Below, in pieces: positions 7,783 through 16,469 of a DNA stretch of 35,894 nt. The notes below the pieces were generated by a model, which worked only from the letters and a program-made list of their open reading frames with translations, did not search any database and was not told the DNA's origin. The DNA comes from Lachnospiraceae bacterium. Its GTDB lineage: Bacteria > Bacillota > Clostridia > Lachnospirales > Lachnospiraceae. Each line of letters opens with the position of its first letter. The first letter of the stretch is position 1. The DNA lies in contig JAAVZI010000079.1 in the NCBI GenBank assembly GCA_022791575.1, positions 1-35,894 on the forward strand, read 5' to 3'. The position numbers and the translations under genes were made by a program.

Positions 7783-7815
7783 TCTAATCGGTAAGTGCTG
7801 ATTAGAGCTTTTTTT
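7783..7815 (+). terminator. rho-independent terminator after the tRNA operon (stem tctaatc/gattaga plus T7)
   Basis: Inverted repeat followed by a run of seven T. Confidence 0.6.
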
Positions 7816-8083
7816 GTATATCCTAAGCGTGTTTGGACTTTGTAGTGAGGCTGTTTGAACAGCAAAAATTATCTGTCTTATTTTTATGAGCGAATTGTCG
7901 TAAATTCCTGAATGGCGTAGAAAATAGGCATATTATTCTACTTGGTGTCGAACGAAAATCGGAAAATATTGTTATTCTATATTGAATTACATACAAAATA
8001 TGGTGTATAATAAGCAGGAAGAAAGCTTGTACATAATTGTTAACGTGTGCATAAAAAAAGAATACAGTATGGAGGTAGGCGTG

Positions 8084-8764
8084 ATGAAAGAAGTTCGATA
8101 TATGATTTCTGACACAGCTAAGAAAGTGGATGTGGAAGCTCACGTACTTCGCTATTGGGAAGAAGAATTAGAACTTACCATAGGAAGAACCGAGATGGGA
8201 CATCGCTATTATACACCCGATGATATTGTATTATTTAAAAACATTAAGGAGTTAAAGGAACAGGGGTTCCAGCTGAAAGCGATTAAGATGCTGATGCCGG
8301 AGCTGATTAAGAACAAAGGAAATGGTATTGACAATCTGCTGTTATTGAGAGAAGAATTGAATGAGAAAGCAGGCAGCATGGCAGCCGAGGTAATTACAGT
8401 AAAAGAAGAATCAGAGAATGAAATGCAGATTGTCACATTGGAACAAAGTGGACAAGTCCAGTCACAGGATGATAAAATTATTCAGTTCCAGGAAATTATC
8501 AAAAATATAGTCTTGGATGCCCTTCATGAGAATAATGAAGATCTGCAGAAAGAAATGGGGCGTGAAGTCGGTGACCATGTAGTCAAAGAAGTGGATTATA
8601 TCATGCGCATGCAGGATGAAAAGGATGAAGAACGGTTTAAAAAGCTGGATGAAGTAATTCGAGGGATGCAGGTATCCAGACAGGAAGCAGCAGCGGCTAA
8701 GAAGGAAGGGAAAAAAAAGCATTTTCGTCTGTCACGCAAAGAGAAAAAAGCTGCCAAACAGTAA
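8084..8764 (+). CDS. MerR-family transcriptional regulator with long acidic/lysine-rich coiled-coil C-terminus
   Basis: N-terminal MerR HTH (YMISDTAKKVDVEAHVLRYWEEE ... RYYTPDDIVLFKNIKELKEQGFQLKAI). GGAGG at 8071-8075, 8 nt before the ATG at 8084. The supplied ORF starts at 7982 but has no ribosome-binding site. Confidence 0.8.
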   Translation: MKEVRYMISDTAKKVDVEAHVLRYWEEELELTIGRTEMGHRYYTPDDIVLFKNIKELKEQGFQLKAIKMLMPELIKNKGNGIDNLLLLREELNEKAGSMAAEVITVKEESENEMQIVTLEQSGQVQSQDDKIIQFQEIIKNIVLDALHENNEDLQKEMGREVGDHVVKEVDYIMRMQDEKDEERFKKLDEVIRGMQVSRQEAAAAKKEGKKKHFRLSRKEKKAAKQ

Positions 8765-8800
8765 TGGTTGCAGATGCATCAGGAGAAAAGAAGATAAACG

Positions 8801-8830
8801 AAAAGAGCAGGACAAGACCTGCTCTTTTTT
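8801..8830. terminator. bidirectional rho-independent terminator (A4, stem gagcagg/cctgctc, T6) between merR-like (+) and ferredoxin (-)
   Basis: Perfect 7-bp stem with a 6-nt loop, flanked by an A-run and a T-run. Confidence 0.75.
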
Positions 8831-8849
8831 GTAAAAGAATTTACCTAAA

Positions 8850-9017
8850 TTACTGTCCAATCGCATCAACTGGGCAGTTTTCAGCACAAGCGCCGCATTC
8901 TACACATGTATCAGGATCGATCTGATATTTGCCGTCACCCTGGCTGACAGCGCCAACAGGGCAGGTTCCTTCACAAGTTCCGCAACTGATACAATCATCT
9001 GATATTACTAATGCCAT
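8850..9017 (-). CDS. 2x[4Fe-4S] ferredoxin (55 aa)
   Basis: MALVISDDCISCGTCEGTCPVGAVSQGDGKYQIDPDTCVECGACAENCPVDAIGQ has two CxxCxxCxxxCP motifs. GGAGG ribosome-binding site. Under the ORF-track size cutoff. Confidence 0.85.
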   Translation of the reverse strand: MALVISDDCISCGTCEGTCPVGAVSQGDGKYQIDPDTCVECGACAENCPVDAIGQ

Positions 9018-9133
9018 ACTCATATCCTCCTTTTGAATGCCAGTAAAACTGGCTGTATCAAATTTATGTTAGTCTCACGACTTAACAACATTTTAATATA
9101 ATACGACAAAATATACAAGTAAAAACAGTATAT

Positions 9134-9886
9134 TTAGGTATTATTTTTTCGAACTTCATTAATTCCTTCCGAAAGCCAGATCTTTGCCTGCGCTAGATCC
9201 TCTTTTCCCAAAGCTTCAATTCCTTTCAAAGGGTATTCCTTATCAATGCTTTCATATTTTTTTACTCCCATCGTATGATAGGGAAGAACCTCTACGGTTC
9301 TTACATTAGAAAGACTTCCTATAAATCGGCCGGTTTCGCGTAAATATTTTTCATTAAATGTAATTGTAGGTACAACTACATGACGAATCCAGATATCAAT
9401 ATTCTTTTGTTCCAGATATCTGGCAAAAGCAATAATATTATCATTGGAGTGGGAAGTAAGCTTTTCATGTTCTTCCTTATTGATATGTTTAATATCCAAA
9501 AGAATCAGATCAGTAACTTCCAATAAACGATCCAGCTTTTCTAAAAATGTGGAATTATTTTGATTAAATACAATACCCGATGAATCAATACATGTATGAA
9601 TCGCTGTTTTTTTTGCCTCTGTAAATAATTCCGTAAGAAAATCAATCTGTAACAGAGGTTCTCCGCCGGTAACTGTAATGCCGCCATTTTCATAGAAGGA
9701 ACGTTTATGTTCGAATTGTTCCAAGATCTCAGAGACAGTCATCTCATGGCCGCCGTCTGTATTCCAGGTATCAGGATTGTGGCAGTACAGGCAGCGCATA
9801 GGACAGCCCTGCAGAAAGACTACAAAACGGACTCCTGGACCGTCAACTGTTCCGCAGCTTTCTATAGAATGTACCCTTCCTTTCAT
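9134..9886 (-). CDS. pflA: pyruvate formate-lyase activating enzyme (glycyl-radical activase, radical SAM)
   Basis: Near-colinear with E. coli PflA (IHSxESCGTVDGPG(I/V)RF, CxxxCxxC as CLYCHN, 250 aa). AAGGAGG ribosome-binding site. No glycyl-radical enzyme gene is adjacent in the window. Confidence 0.85.
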   Translation of the reverse strand: MKGRVHSIESCGTVDGPGVRFVVFLQGCPMRCLYCHNPDTWNTDGGHEMTVSEILEQFEHKRSFYENGGITVTGGEPLLQIDFLTELFTEAKKTAIHTCIDSSGIVFNQNNSTFLEKLDRLLEVTDLILLDIKHINKEEHEKLTSHSNDNIIAFARYLEQKNIDIWIRHVVVPTITFNEKYLRETGRFIGSLSNVRTVEVLPYHTMGVKKYESIDKEYPLKGIEALGKEDLAQAKIWLSEGINEVRKNNT

Positions 9887-9896
9887 AAGTGCCTCC

Positions 9897-10685
9897 TTAT
9901 ATTTGAGATAGAACCTGTAGTGCGTTTTTGATAATAATCGGCTCGTAGTGTTCTTCTAAAAATGCTTCAGCAGCCGGAGAAAACTGCTCCTGTCTGCCGT
10001 ATTCAGAAGCAATGTTACATACTTTATTGAACTCTTCCGGTGAATGCAGACTTTTATTCAGAACTAAGAAATAATGTCTGTCAGAATGGTTCTTATATAA
10101 AGAGTTATCTCCATTGTAAAAGCCTTTTAATACATAAGCCAGGCTAGAAACCGTATCCAGATTCTGCATAGAGTATAATTTTGTCAGATTTAGGGAGGCT
10201 ACCTCTTGTTTAACGGCAGCTTGCTCCTTTGATTTAGGCTGTTCATTATTTTTCCGGAGTGCTTTATCCAAAGGAACAAAGTTATTTTCCTTTTGCTGTT
10301 CCAAACGCATTTTTTCTTCATGAATCTTTTTATAAAGATCCAAGATGCCGTCGGCGCCTTCAATCGAGGCGGTCTCAACGGGTGCAGAATCTTCGCTGGA
10401 GGAAGAAAATTTGGAAAATCTGGTATCAAGTTCATCCGGGTCCTCTACCTTGGTGATAATTAGTACAATACATTCAGAGGACAGAGGAATTGCTTCTATC
10501 ATAAGAGGGATTTCTTCTGCCTCAAATCCAAATTCGTAAGATGCCTGCTGCATCATATCACGAAAAAGAGATTTGGCTTTTTCAGAGCCATATGCCAGTT
10601 CGCTTAATTTTAATTCGCGTTCAGCTAAATCTTCTTTTGTCAATGTGCAGCGAATCTGATTTTCATTGATTTTTTCTATTTTCAT
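9897..10685 (-). CDS. mecA: adaptor protein MecA (ClpC adaptor)
   Basis: N-terminus MKIEKINENQIRCTLTKEDLAER and overall architecture match Bacillus MecA (MEIERINEHTVKF...). Acidic linker. C-terminal ClpC-binding domain-like region. Confidence 0.75.
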   Translation of the reverse strand: MKIEKINENQIRCTLTKEDLAERELKLSELAYGSEKAKSLFRDMMQQASYEFGFEAEEIPLMIEAIPLSSECIVLIITKVEDPDELDTRFSKFSSSSEDSAPVETASIEGADGILDLYKKIHEEKMRLEQQKENNFVPLDKALRKNNEQPKSKEQAAVKQEVASLNLTKLYSMQNLDTVSSLAYVLKGFYNGDNSLYKNHSDRHYFLVLNKSLHSPEEFNKVCNIASEYGRQEQFSPAAEAFLEEHYEPIIIKNALQVLSQI

Positions 10686-10802
10686 ATATTCACATCCTAT
10701 CGTTAAAAACTTACCTATAGTATAAACAAAAATCTTTTATCTGTAAAGTAATTTCAGAATGGAAATACTGGGTAGTTATGAAAATTTTGTGAAAATGATC
10801 TA

Positions 10803-10850
10803 TGCAAAGAAAATTTGCATTCTAATATTCAAATGCAAAAGATCTTTGCA
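10803..10850. promoter_or_regulatory. pair of TGCAAA-N5-TTTGCA inverted repeats (operator-like) in the mecA/kinase divergent promoter region
   Basis: tgcaaagaaaatttgca (10803-10819) and tgcaaaagatctttgca (10834-10850). A third nested tttgcat-N13-atgcaaa palindrome lies between them. Confidence 0.4.
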
Positions 10851-10881
10851 TTAATTTGTATATGCTGTCTTGAAATAAAAC

Positions 10882-12357
10882 ATGCAGGTCGATATAATTT
10901 ACTTGAGATTTGAAAAAATTGTTCCGAAAGAAAGGGGGGACATAGGAGTAAACGTTATTGAACAAAAGTATACATTGCAAAAACAAATTGGAAGCGGATT
11001 AAGCTGTGTGGTCTATCTGGCAGAACATAAGAAGCTTCACCAAACCTGTGCCATTAAATGTATTTCAAAAAGGAATGGAAATGGAAACACTTTTTTAAGG
11101 GAAACCGAATTTCTTAGAAATCTTAGAAGTATCTATGTTCCGGCACTATATGATTATGAAGAGGATACGGATTACTGGTATCTGATTGAGGAGTATATTG
11201 CTGGATATTCTTTAAAGGATCTAAAGCAGAATCAAAGGTTTATTTCACAAGACAAGTTAATGGAATCAGCCATAAGGATCTGTGAGGCTGTAAAGTGGCT
11301 GCATGATAGAAAGCCCTATCCTTTACTGTACTTAGACCTTAAGCCTGAACATATTATAGTATCAGGAGACGGCTTAAAATTATTGGATTTTGGAAGTGCC
11401 GTGTATCTGAAAGGAAATCAGATGTCGGGGCGGGTTATGGGTACAGTAGGATTTGCCTCACCGGAACAGCTGCAGGGCAGTACGATAGATTTGCGAAGTG
11501 ATATCTATAGTATAGGCGCGGTTCTTTACTGGCTGATGACAGGAGAAATGGTAGGAGATGAGGGAGTATCTAAGAAGGTCAGCGGCTATTCAAAAGAATG
11601 GAATGCCATCATTAGCAGATGTGTGGAACAGGACAAGAATCGAAGGTATGCTTCGGCCGGAGAACTTTTAAAGGATTTGCAGCGTATGCAGAAGATAAAC
11701 AATAAGGGACAGTTTGGGAAATCTCTTAAAATTGCAGTTATTGGCAGTCAGAGAAGAGTAGGCGTTACGCATTTTTCAATTGGTCTAGCTATGAGCAGCC
11801 TGCAGGCAGGGGTTCCCTGTCTGTATGAGGAACGAAATGAAAGCGGTGCCATACAAGAACTTTTTTCTTATTCGAAAAAGGCGAGGGAAAAGGAAGGAAT
11901 CTATTATTTTCCTAAGTTTGAAGCTATTCCTAGATATGGAAATGCAGTTTGTACAGAATCATATGGCGAATGTATGTTTGTATATGATTATGGAGTGTTT
12001 CGGGAAGAACTGGTATTCGAATATGAAGAAGCTGATTGTGTGATTGCAGTAACCGGCGGAAAGGAATGGGAACGAAAGCAGACAAAGGACTTGATAGAGC
12101 GTTATAGAAAACGAAGGAATATGTATTATGTACTGCGTACCGGGAGTAAGGCGGATTTTCGAATCATTGCTAAAGAATTGGCGATACCGGCAGCCTTTTA
12201 TATGCCGGATTATGGACAACCGTTTTCACTGGGAAACAGAGAGAAACATTTTTATCACAAGCTGTTAAAACAGATCCATTATGATCTGGGAAGGAGGATT
12301 GAGCATGAGAAAGACTGGAATTTGTTCCATTACCATAGGCATAACCGGAACAGATGA
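10882..12357 (+). CDS. Ser/Thr protein kinase fused to a C-terminal ParA/MinD/CpaE(TadZ)-like P-loop domain that lacks the Walker-A lysine
   Basis: Kinase subdomains GSGLSCVVY ... AIK, LDLKPEHI, DFG, GTVGFASPE. The C-terminal half has IAVIGSQRRVGVTHFSIGLA where the deviant Walker A GGVGKTT has become RVGVTH (K to V). The start is uncertain because no clear ribosome-binding site precedes 10882. Confidence 0.75.
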   Translation: MQVDIIYLRFEKIVPKERGDIGVNVIEQKYTLQKQIGSGLSCVVYLAEHKKLHQTCAIKCISKRNGNGNTFLRETEFLRNLRSIYVPALYDYEEDTDYWYLIEEYIAGYSLKDLKQNQRFISQDKLMESAIRICEAVKWLHDRKPYPLLYLDLKPEHIIVSGDGLKLLDFGSAVYLKGNQMSGRVMGTVGFASPEQLQGSTIDLRSDIYSIGAVLYWLMTGEMVGDEGVSKKVSGYSKEWNAIISRCVEQDKNRRYASAGELLKDLQRMQKINNKGQFGKSLKIAVIGSQRRVGVTHFSIGLAMSSLQAGVPCLYEERNESGAIQELFSYSKKAREKEGIYYFPKFEAIPRYGNAVCTESYGECMFVYDYGVFREELVFEYEEADCVIAVTGGKEWERKQTKDLIERYRKRRNMYYVLRTGSKADFRIIAKELAIPAAFYMPDYGQPFSLGNREKHFYHKLLKQIHYDLGRRIEHEKDWNLFHYHRHNRNR

Positions 12358-12949
12358 GCATGTAGGAGTGACACATCTGTCAATTATGCTGGCCAATTAT
12401 CTAGTATCCAAGGAAAGGTGTCGGGCTGCGGTTGTGGATATGAGTCTCAGTAATTCGTTTGCAGTTCTTCAGGAGATTTACCAAGACGGCCTGTATCAGG
12501 AGCCGGATAAGAAAACGGATAGAGATTGTGCTGATTTCCAAATGCATAAGGTAGATTATTACAGTCAGAGAAGGCAGAAAAATATTGCAAATATATTTCA
12601 GATGGGATACGAATATATTATCATTGACTTTGGAAAGTTAAGTTTACATAATTGCCATTCTGAATTGTTAAGATGCCATGTGCGCATTCTGGTTGGCAGC
12701 TGCTGCGAATGGCAGCAGCAGGCTTTTCTCCAGGTTTTGGAGGAGAAACAGCAGTTATGTGATGCCGGCAGCTGGAAATATGCAGCATTTCTTGGTATTC
12801 AGGAGATCCGCAGCAGGATAGAAAAAAAGTATCATATACAGATACATAAAATTCCATTTGAAGAGGACCCGTTTCAACTGCATAGAAAACATTTTGAACC
12901 GCTAAAAATTATGCTGCAGGAGGAATCAGGTGTCTGTAACAGAATTTAA
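12305..12949 (+). CDS. ParA/MinD/CpaE-like pseudo-ATPase (Walker-A lysine replaced, GTDEHVGVTH), paralog of the kinase C-terminal domain
   Basis: AGGAGGA ribosome-binding site 7 nt before the ATG at 12305. Overlaps the kinase gene end by 53 nt. IGITGTDEHVGVTHLSIMLA parallels the kinase C-terminal motif. A later IIIDFG Walker-B-like segment is present. Confidence 0.6.
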   Translation: MRKTGICSITIGITGTDEHVGVTHLSIMLANYLVSKERCRAAVVDMSLSNSFAVLQEIYQDGLYQEPDKKTDRDCADFQMHKVDYYSQRRQKNIANIFQMGYEYIIIDFGKLSLHNCHSELLRCHVRILVGSCCEWQQQAFLQVLEEKQQLCDAGSWKYAAFLGIQEIRSRIEKKYHIQIHKIPFEEDPFQLHRKHFEPLKIMLQEESGVCNRI

Positions 12950-13823
12950 AAGAAGAAATAAAAAGACCTATTTCCTAATGGGAACAGGATCGGCATTGGT
13001 GCCGGCTCTGATTGTCATTCTGGTAATCAGCCTGCAATGGTATCAATGCAGCCAAAAAAGACAGCTGTTGGAGAAAGAACTTGACCAGACAACTGTAAAA
13101 TCTGGTTTTATTCTGAAGCAGAATGTGTCAAAGGGCCAGAAGATAGAAAAAGCAATGCTGCAGGAAGTCACCATAAGAGCCCAAAAAGACAAAATGGTTT
13201 GTTCGGTCGGCTTAAAAGAGCTGGCAGGAAAGTATGCCAAATGTGATTTCAAAAAGGGTACATGTCTGAACAGTCAGTGTGTCTATGAAGAAACAGAATT
13301 TTCGGATGATATGCGTATTCAGAAGTTTGACTTTATGGAAATAAACAATATGGTTCAGCAAGGAGACTATATTGATATTCGTATTGCATATCCCAGCGGA
13401 GAAGATTATATTGTTGCCAGACATAAAAAAGTGCTGCAAATTCAGTCTGATCCAAACCAGGAAAATCAAATGAAGAAAGCGGAAGAGATTTTCCTGCAGA
13501 TATCAGAAGAAGAGATTTTACGCATAGCAAGTGCATATGTGGATACCATTTGTTATTCGGGAACCAAAATCTATGTGGTTACTTATCTGGATCAGTTTCA
13601 GCAGGCTGGAATTGTGGATTATCCAGTAAATCCGATGGTGTATGAGCTGCTGGGCTGGAATCCTAATGTAGTGGATTATACGGCATCGGATCAGGAAATG
13701 CAGCAAAGAAGTATATTAGAAGGGCATTTGTCAGCATATGCTTCGCAGGAAATGAAAGAACTTACAAAACAAACAGCAGCGGAAAATGAATTTATATCAG
13801 ATACGGCTTCGTTCTTTGAATAG
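12930..13823 (+). CDS. CpaB/RcpC-like SAF-domain membrane protein (Flp-pilus-assembly CpaB-like)
   Basis: GTG start with a GGAGG ribosome-binding site. N-terminal TM (YFLMGTGSALVPALIVILVISL). SAF-like segment TTVKSGFILKQNVSKGQKIEKAMLQEV. beta-clip-like GDYIDIRIAYPSGEDYIVARHKKVLQI. Confidence 0.55.
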   Translation: MSVTEFKRRNKKTYFLMGTGSALVPALIVILVISLQWYQCSQKRQLLEKELDQTTVKSGFILKQNVSKGQKIEKAMLQEVTIRAQKDKMVCSVGLKELAGKYAKCDFKKGTCLNSQCVYEETEFSDDMRIQKFDFMEINNMVQQGDYIDIRIAYPSGEDYIVARHKKVLQIQSDPNQENQMKKAEEIFLQISEEEILRIASAYVDTICYSGTKIYVVTYLDQFQQAGIVDYPVNPMVYELLGWNPNVVDYTASDQEMQQRSILEGHLSAYASQEMKELTKQTAAENEFISDTASFFE

Positions 13824-14171
13824 ACAAGATACGACCTGGAATATGCAGAAATTATATCACACAGTATCACTTTTGGTAAACCATACACAGGAGTGCAGCC
13901 TGCAGGCCGGCAGAGTTCTATGAGAGGAATCGTATATAAGAATGAAACAGATTTTTATTTAAGCGGATGAAAAGCAGACAGATGGCAATAATAGAACCTA
14001 AGTATAAGATAAAGAATATGAATCCCCTAATTTGAAAGTATTTATCGAATAAAGCTTTTGTTTTTTAGACAGATGAAAATTGAATTTTAAGATTGTCTAT
14101 GTTGTTTTTCACGAATTTAATAAAAATAAATCATTTTCTGTCAAAATTTGTATGCCAAAGGGACAAAAGTA

Positions 14172-14213
14172 TGTTATACTATTGTAGCAGTAGAATATTT
14201 ATTCTACTGCTAC
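14172..14213 (+). promoter_or_regulatory. extended -10 promoter (TGTTATACT 14172-14180) immediately followed by a perfect 14-bp inverted repeat (gtagcagtagaata-tt-tattctactgctac, 14184-14213), a candidate operator
   Basis: Read directly. The palindrome sits at the predicted TSS, about 85 nt upstream of the GH18 gene. Confidence 0.45.
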
Positions 14214-14297
14214 AGGTATATCCTGATTTTTACAGTATGCAGCGTATAAATTGAGGGATGCCCAGATGGGTATAATATAACTTAACGGAGGTTCCAT

Positions 14298-16085
14298 ATG
14301 AAAAATAGGAGAGAGAAAAACCTGGTACCAGTTATTGTGGCAGCGGTTTTTATCGCATTGGTGTTAATTGTATGTGTGTTGGTCAATCAAATTGTAAAAA
14401 ATACTCCGTCGGATGTAAAGGCGGATTTATATGAATATTTTAAGTTTACAGGGGATTTGAAGGAAAAAACCAAATTATCAGTCACAAAAGAAGATGAAGT
14501 GGCTGTAATTCTGAATAATGAAAAGAGAGAAGAGCGAGGGCTGCTGGTAGACGGACAGGTGTATTTTCCGGTTGAGTTTGTAAGAAGGCAGTTAAATTCG
14601 AAGTTCTATTGGGATAAAAATGAGAATCTGCTGCTTTACACCACTCCAACAGAGAGTATTTCTGCGCAGGTGGGAAGCTCTGAATACAGCGTTGGAAAGA
14701 ACAGGCAGTCTGTGGGATATGCGGTTGTCCGTGCAGAGGGAAGCGATGTATATATAGCGGCAGAATTTGTAAAATTATATACAAAAGTAGGATATCAAAT
14801 GGAACATAAGCCGAATCGTATTCGTATCACGTCTGTATGGGGAGATAAAGAAACGGTAACGCCGAAGGAAGCGACACAGGTACGGACAAAAGAGGATATA
14901 AAAAGTGATATTTTAAAAGAAGTGGGAACCAAGGAGAAATTATATATTATAAAAGAAGGAAAAGATTGGACAGAAGTCTGTACAGAGGATGGAATTATCG
15001 GTTATGTCAGGAAAGAGGAGCTGGGGAGTACACAGACTAAAAAGGAAGATATGGAGTTTAATGAACCAGTATATACGGCTATTCACAGAAATGATACCAT
15101 TAATATGGCATGGCATCAGGTAACCAGTGCGGCTGGGAATAAACAGCTTTCGGGAATGATTGCCAATTTGAAGGGAGTCAATATCATTTCTCCCACCTGG
15201 ATTAAGCTAAAGGATAATGAAGGTAATATAGAATCCATTGCCAGTGCAGATTATGTAAATCTTGCGCACCGTTGTAATATGGAGGTTTGGGCGCTGGTAG
15301 ATAATTTTAAGGGAGAAGTTAGTACAAGAGAACTATTAAGCTATACCTCAAAACGAGAGAATCTGATTAATCAGCTTATCGCTGAGGTTTTAAAGTATGA
15401 TATTGATGGAATTAACATAGATTTTGAAGCCATGGGAGAAGAGGCAGGAGAGGATTTTATTCAATTTATAAGGGAATTGTCGATTAAGTGCCGGTTAAAT
15501 GGAATCGTACTGTCTGTAGATAATTACAATTGTGTACCAGAAGGCGGTACCGCTTATTATAACCGTAAGGCCCAGGGAGAAGTGGTAGATTATGTGATTA
15601 ATATGGGCTACGACGAGCATACCAATGCTGAAGGAATCAGCGGATCAGTAGCATCGATCAATTATGTAAGAAATGGAATTGAAGGAACCTTGAAGGAGGT
15701 TCCGGCAGAAAAAGTGATAAATGCAATACCATTTTATTCCAGACTCTGGAAGGAAACTCCCAAGTCGGAAGCGGAATTGGCAGCCGAGGATGCAGCTGCG
15801 GAGTATGTTCCATATACGTTATCCAGCGAGGCTTTGGGAATGGATACCATGGATGAGAGGTTAAGGCTCTCAGGTGCAGAAAAGGTATGGGATGAGAATA
15901 CTATGCAGTATTATTTTGAATATACAAAAGATGGAGTGAATTACCGGGCATGGATGGAGGAAGAACGTTCCATCGAAGAAAAGATGAAGCTCATTAAGGA
16001 GTATGACCTGGCAGGTGTGGCGGCATGGAAGCTGGGATTTGAAAGGAATTCTATCTGGGATACGATTATTAAGTATACAAATTAA
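14298..16085 (+). CDS. glycoside hydrolase family 18 protein with N-terminal TM anchor and SH3b-like domain (YaaH/YdhD-like peptidoglycan or cortex hydrolase)
   Basis: GH18 catalytic motif DIDGINIDFE (DxxDxDxE). N-terminal hydrophobic helix. SH3-like segment (YIIKEGKDWTEVCTEDGIIGYVRKEEL). GGAGG ribosome-binding site. Confidence 0.8.
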   Translation: MKNRREKNLVPVIVAAVFIALVLIVCVLVNQIVKNTPSDVKADLYEYFKFTGDLKEKTKLSVTKEDEVAVILNNEKREERGLLVDGQVYFPVEFVRRQLNSKFYWDKNENLLLYTTPTESISAQVGSSEYSVGKNRQSVGYAVVRAEGSDVYIAAEFVKLYTKVGYQMEHKPNRIRITSVWGDKETVTPKEATQVRTKEDIKSDILKEVGTKEKLYIIKEGKDWTEVCTEDGIIGYVRKEELGSTQTKKEDMEFNEPVYTAIHRNDTINMAWHQVTSAAGNKQLSGMIANLKGVNIISPTWIKLKDNEGNIESIASADYVNLAHRCNMEVWALVDNFKGEVSTRELLSYTSKRENLINQLIAEVLKYDIDGINIDFEAMGEEAGEDFIQFIRELSIKCRLNGIVLSVDNYNCVPEGGTAYYNRKAQGEVVDYVINMGYDEHTNAEGISGSVASINYVRNGIEGTLKEVPAEKVINAIPFYSRLWKETPKSEAELAAEDAAAEYVPYTLSSEALGMDTMDERLRLSGAEKVWDENTMQYYFEYTKDGVNYRAWMEEERSIEEKMKLIKEYDLAGVAAWKLGFERNSIWDTIIKYTN

Positions 16086-16206
16086 CATTATTAATAGAAG
16101 GAATGGAAGCGACGCTGTATACCACTCAGGCAGCAGACAGGAACTTAGAATGGCAAGTTTTGCCTGCTGCCTGCAGATATTGGAAGAAAAAAGCTGAAAA
16201 AAGTAC

Positions 16207-16235
16207 TTGACGCAGGAAGATTATTGGAGTATTCT
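16207..16235 (+). promoter_or_regulatory. sigma-A promoter for the metK leader (-35 TTGACG, 17-nt spacer, -10 TATTCT)
   Basis: Hexamers read directly, about 35 nt upstream of the riboswitch P1. Confidence 0.45.
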
Positions 16236-16269
16236 GTACTTAGAAAGAACATTCATAATTGAATAGTAT

Positions 16270-16415
16270 TTCTCTTATTCAGAGTAGTGGAGGTATAAGG
16301 ACCTATGAAGCTACGGCAACCCCCAGAGATGGAAAGGTGCCTGCCAGAGCGAGTAATCGAACAATGAGAGGATTGACTTATCTGAGAGTTAAATCCGCCC
16401 GGCGGATTTTTTTAT
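16270..16415 (+). promoter_or_regulatory. SAM-I (S-box) riboswitch with intrinsic terminator (aaatccgcc-cg-ggcggattttttt, 16391-16415)
   Basis: Conserved S-box elements: CTTATTCAGAG, GTGGAGG, AAGGACC, TATGAAGCTACGGCAACC, GGTGCCTGCCAGAGCG. Terminator hairpin plus T7 55 nt before the metK start. Confidence 0.75.
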
Positions 16416-16469
16416 TGCATAAAAGGCAAGACTGAAAATCCAAAGAAAAAGAGAAAAGGAGTTAAGAAG

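Noticed and set aside
7551-7787. 78-aa + strand ORF spanning the tRNA-Glu/tRNA-Cys genes
   Set aside because: It coincides exactly with two canonical tRNAs. It has no ribosome-binding site. The protein is low-complexity.
16100-16160. Long GC-rich hairpin (ggcagcag ... ctgctgcc) after the GH18 gene as a terminator
   Set aside because: The stem is good, but the loop is about 28 nt and no T-run follows. It is at best a weak or Rho-dependent terminator, so I did not list it as a feature.
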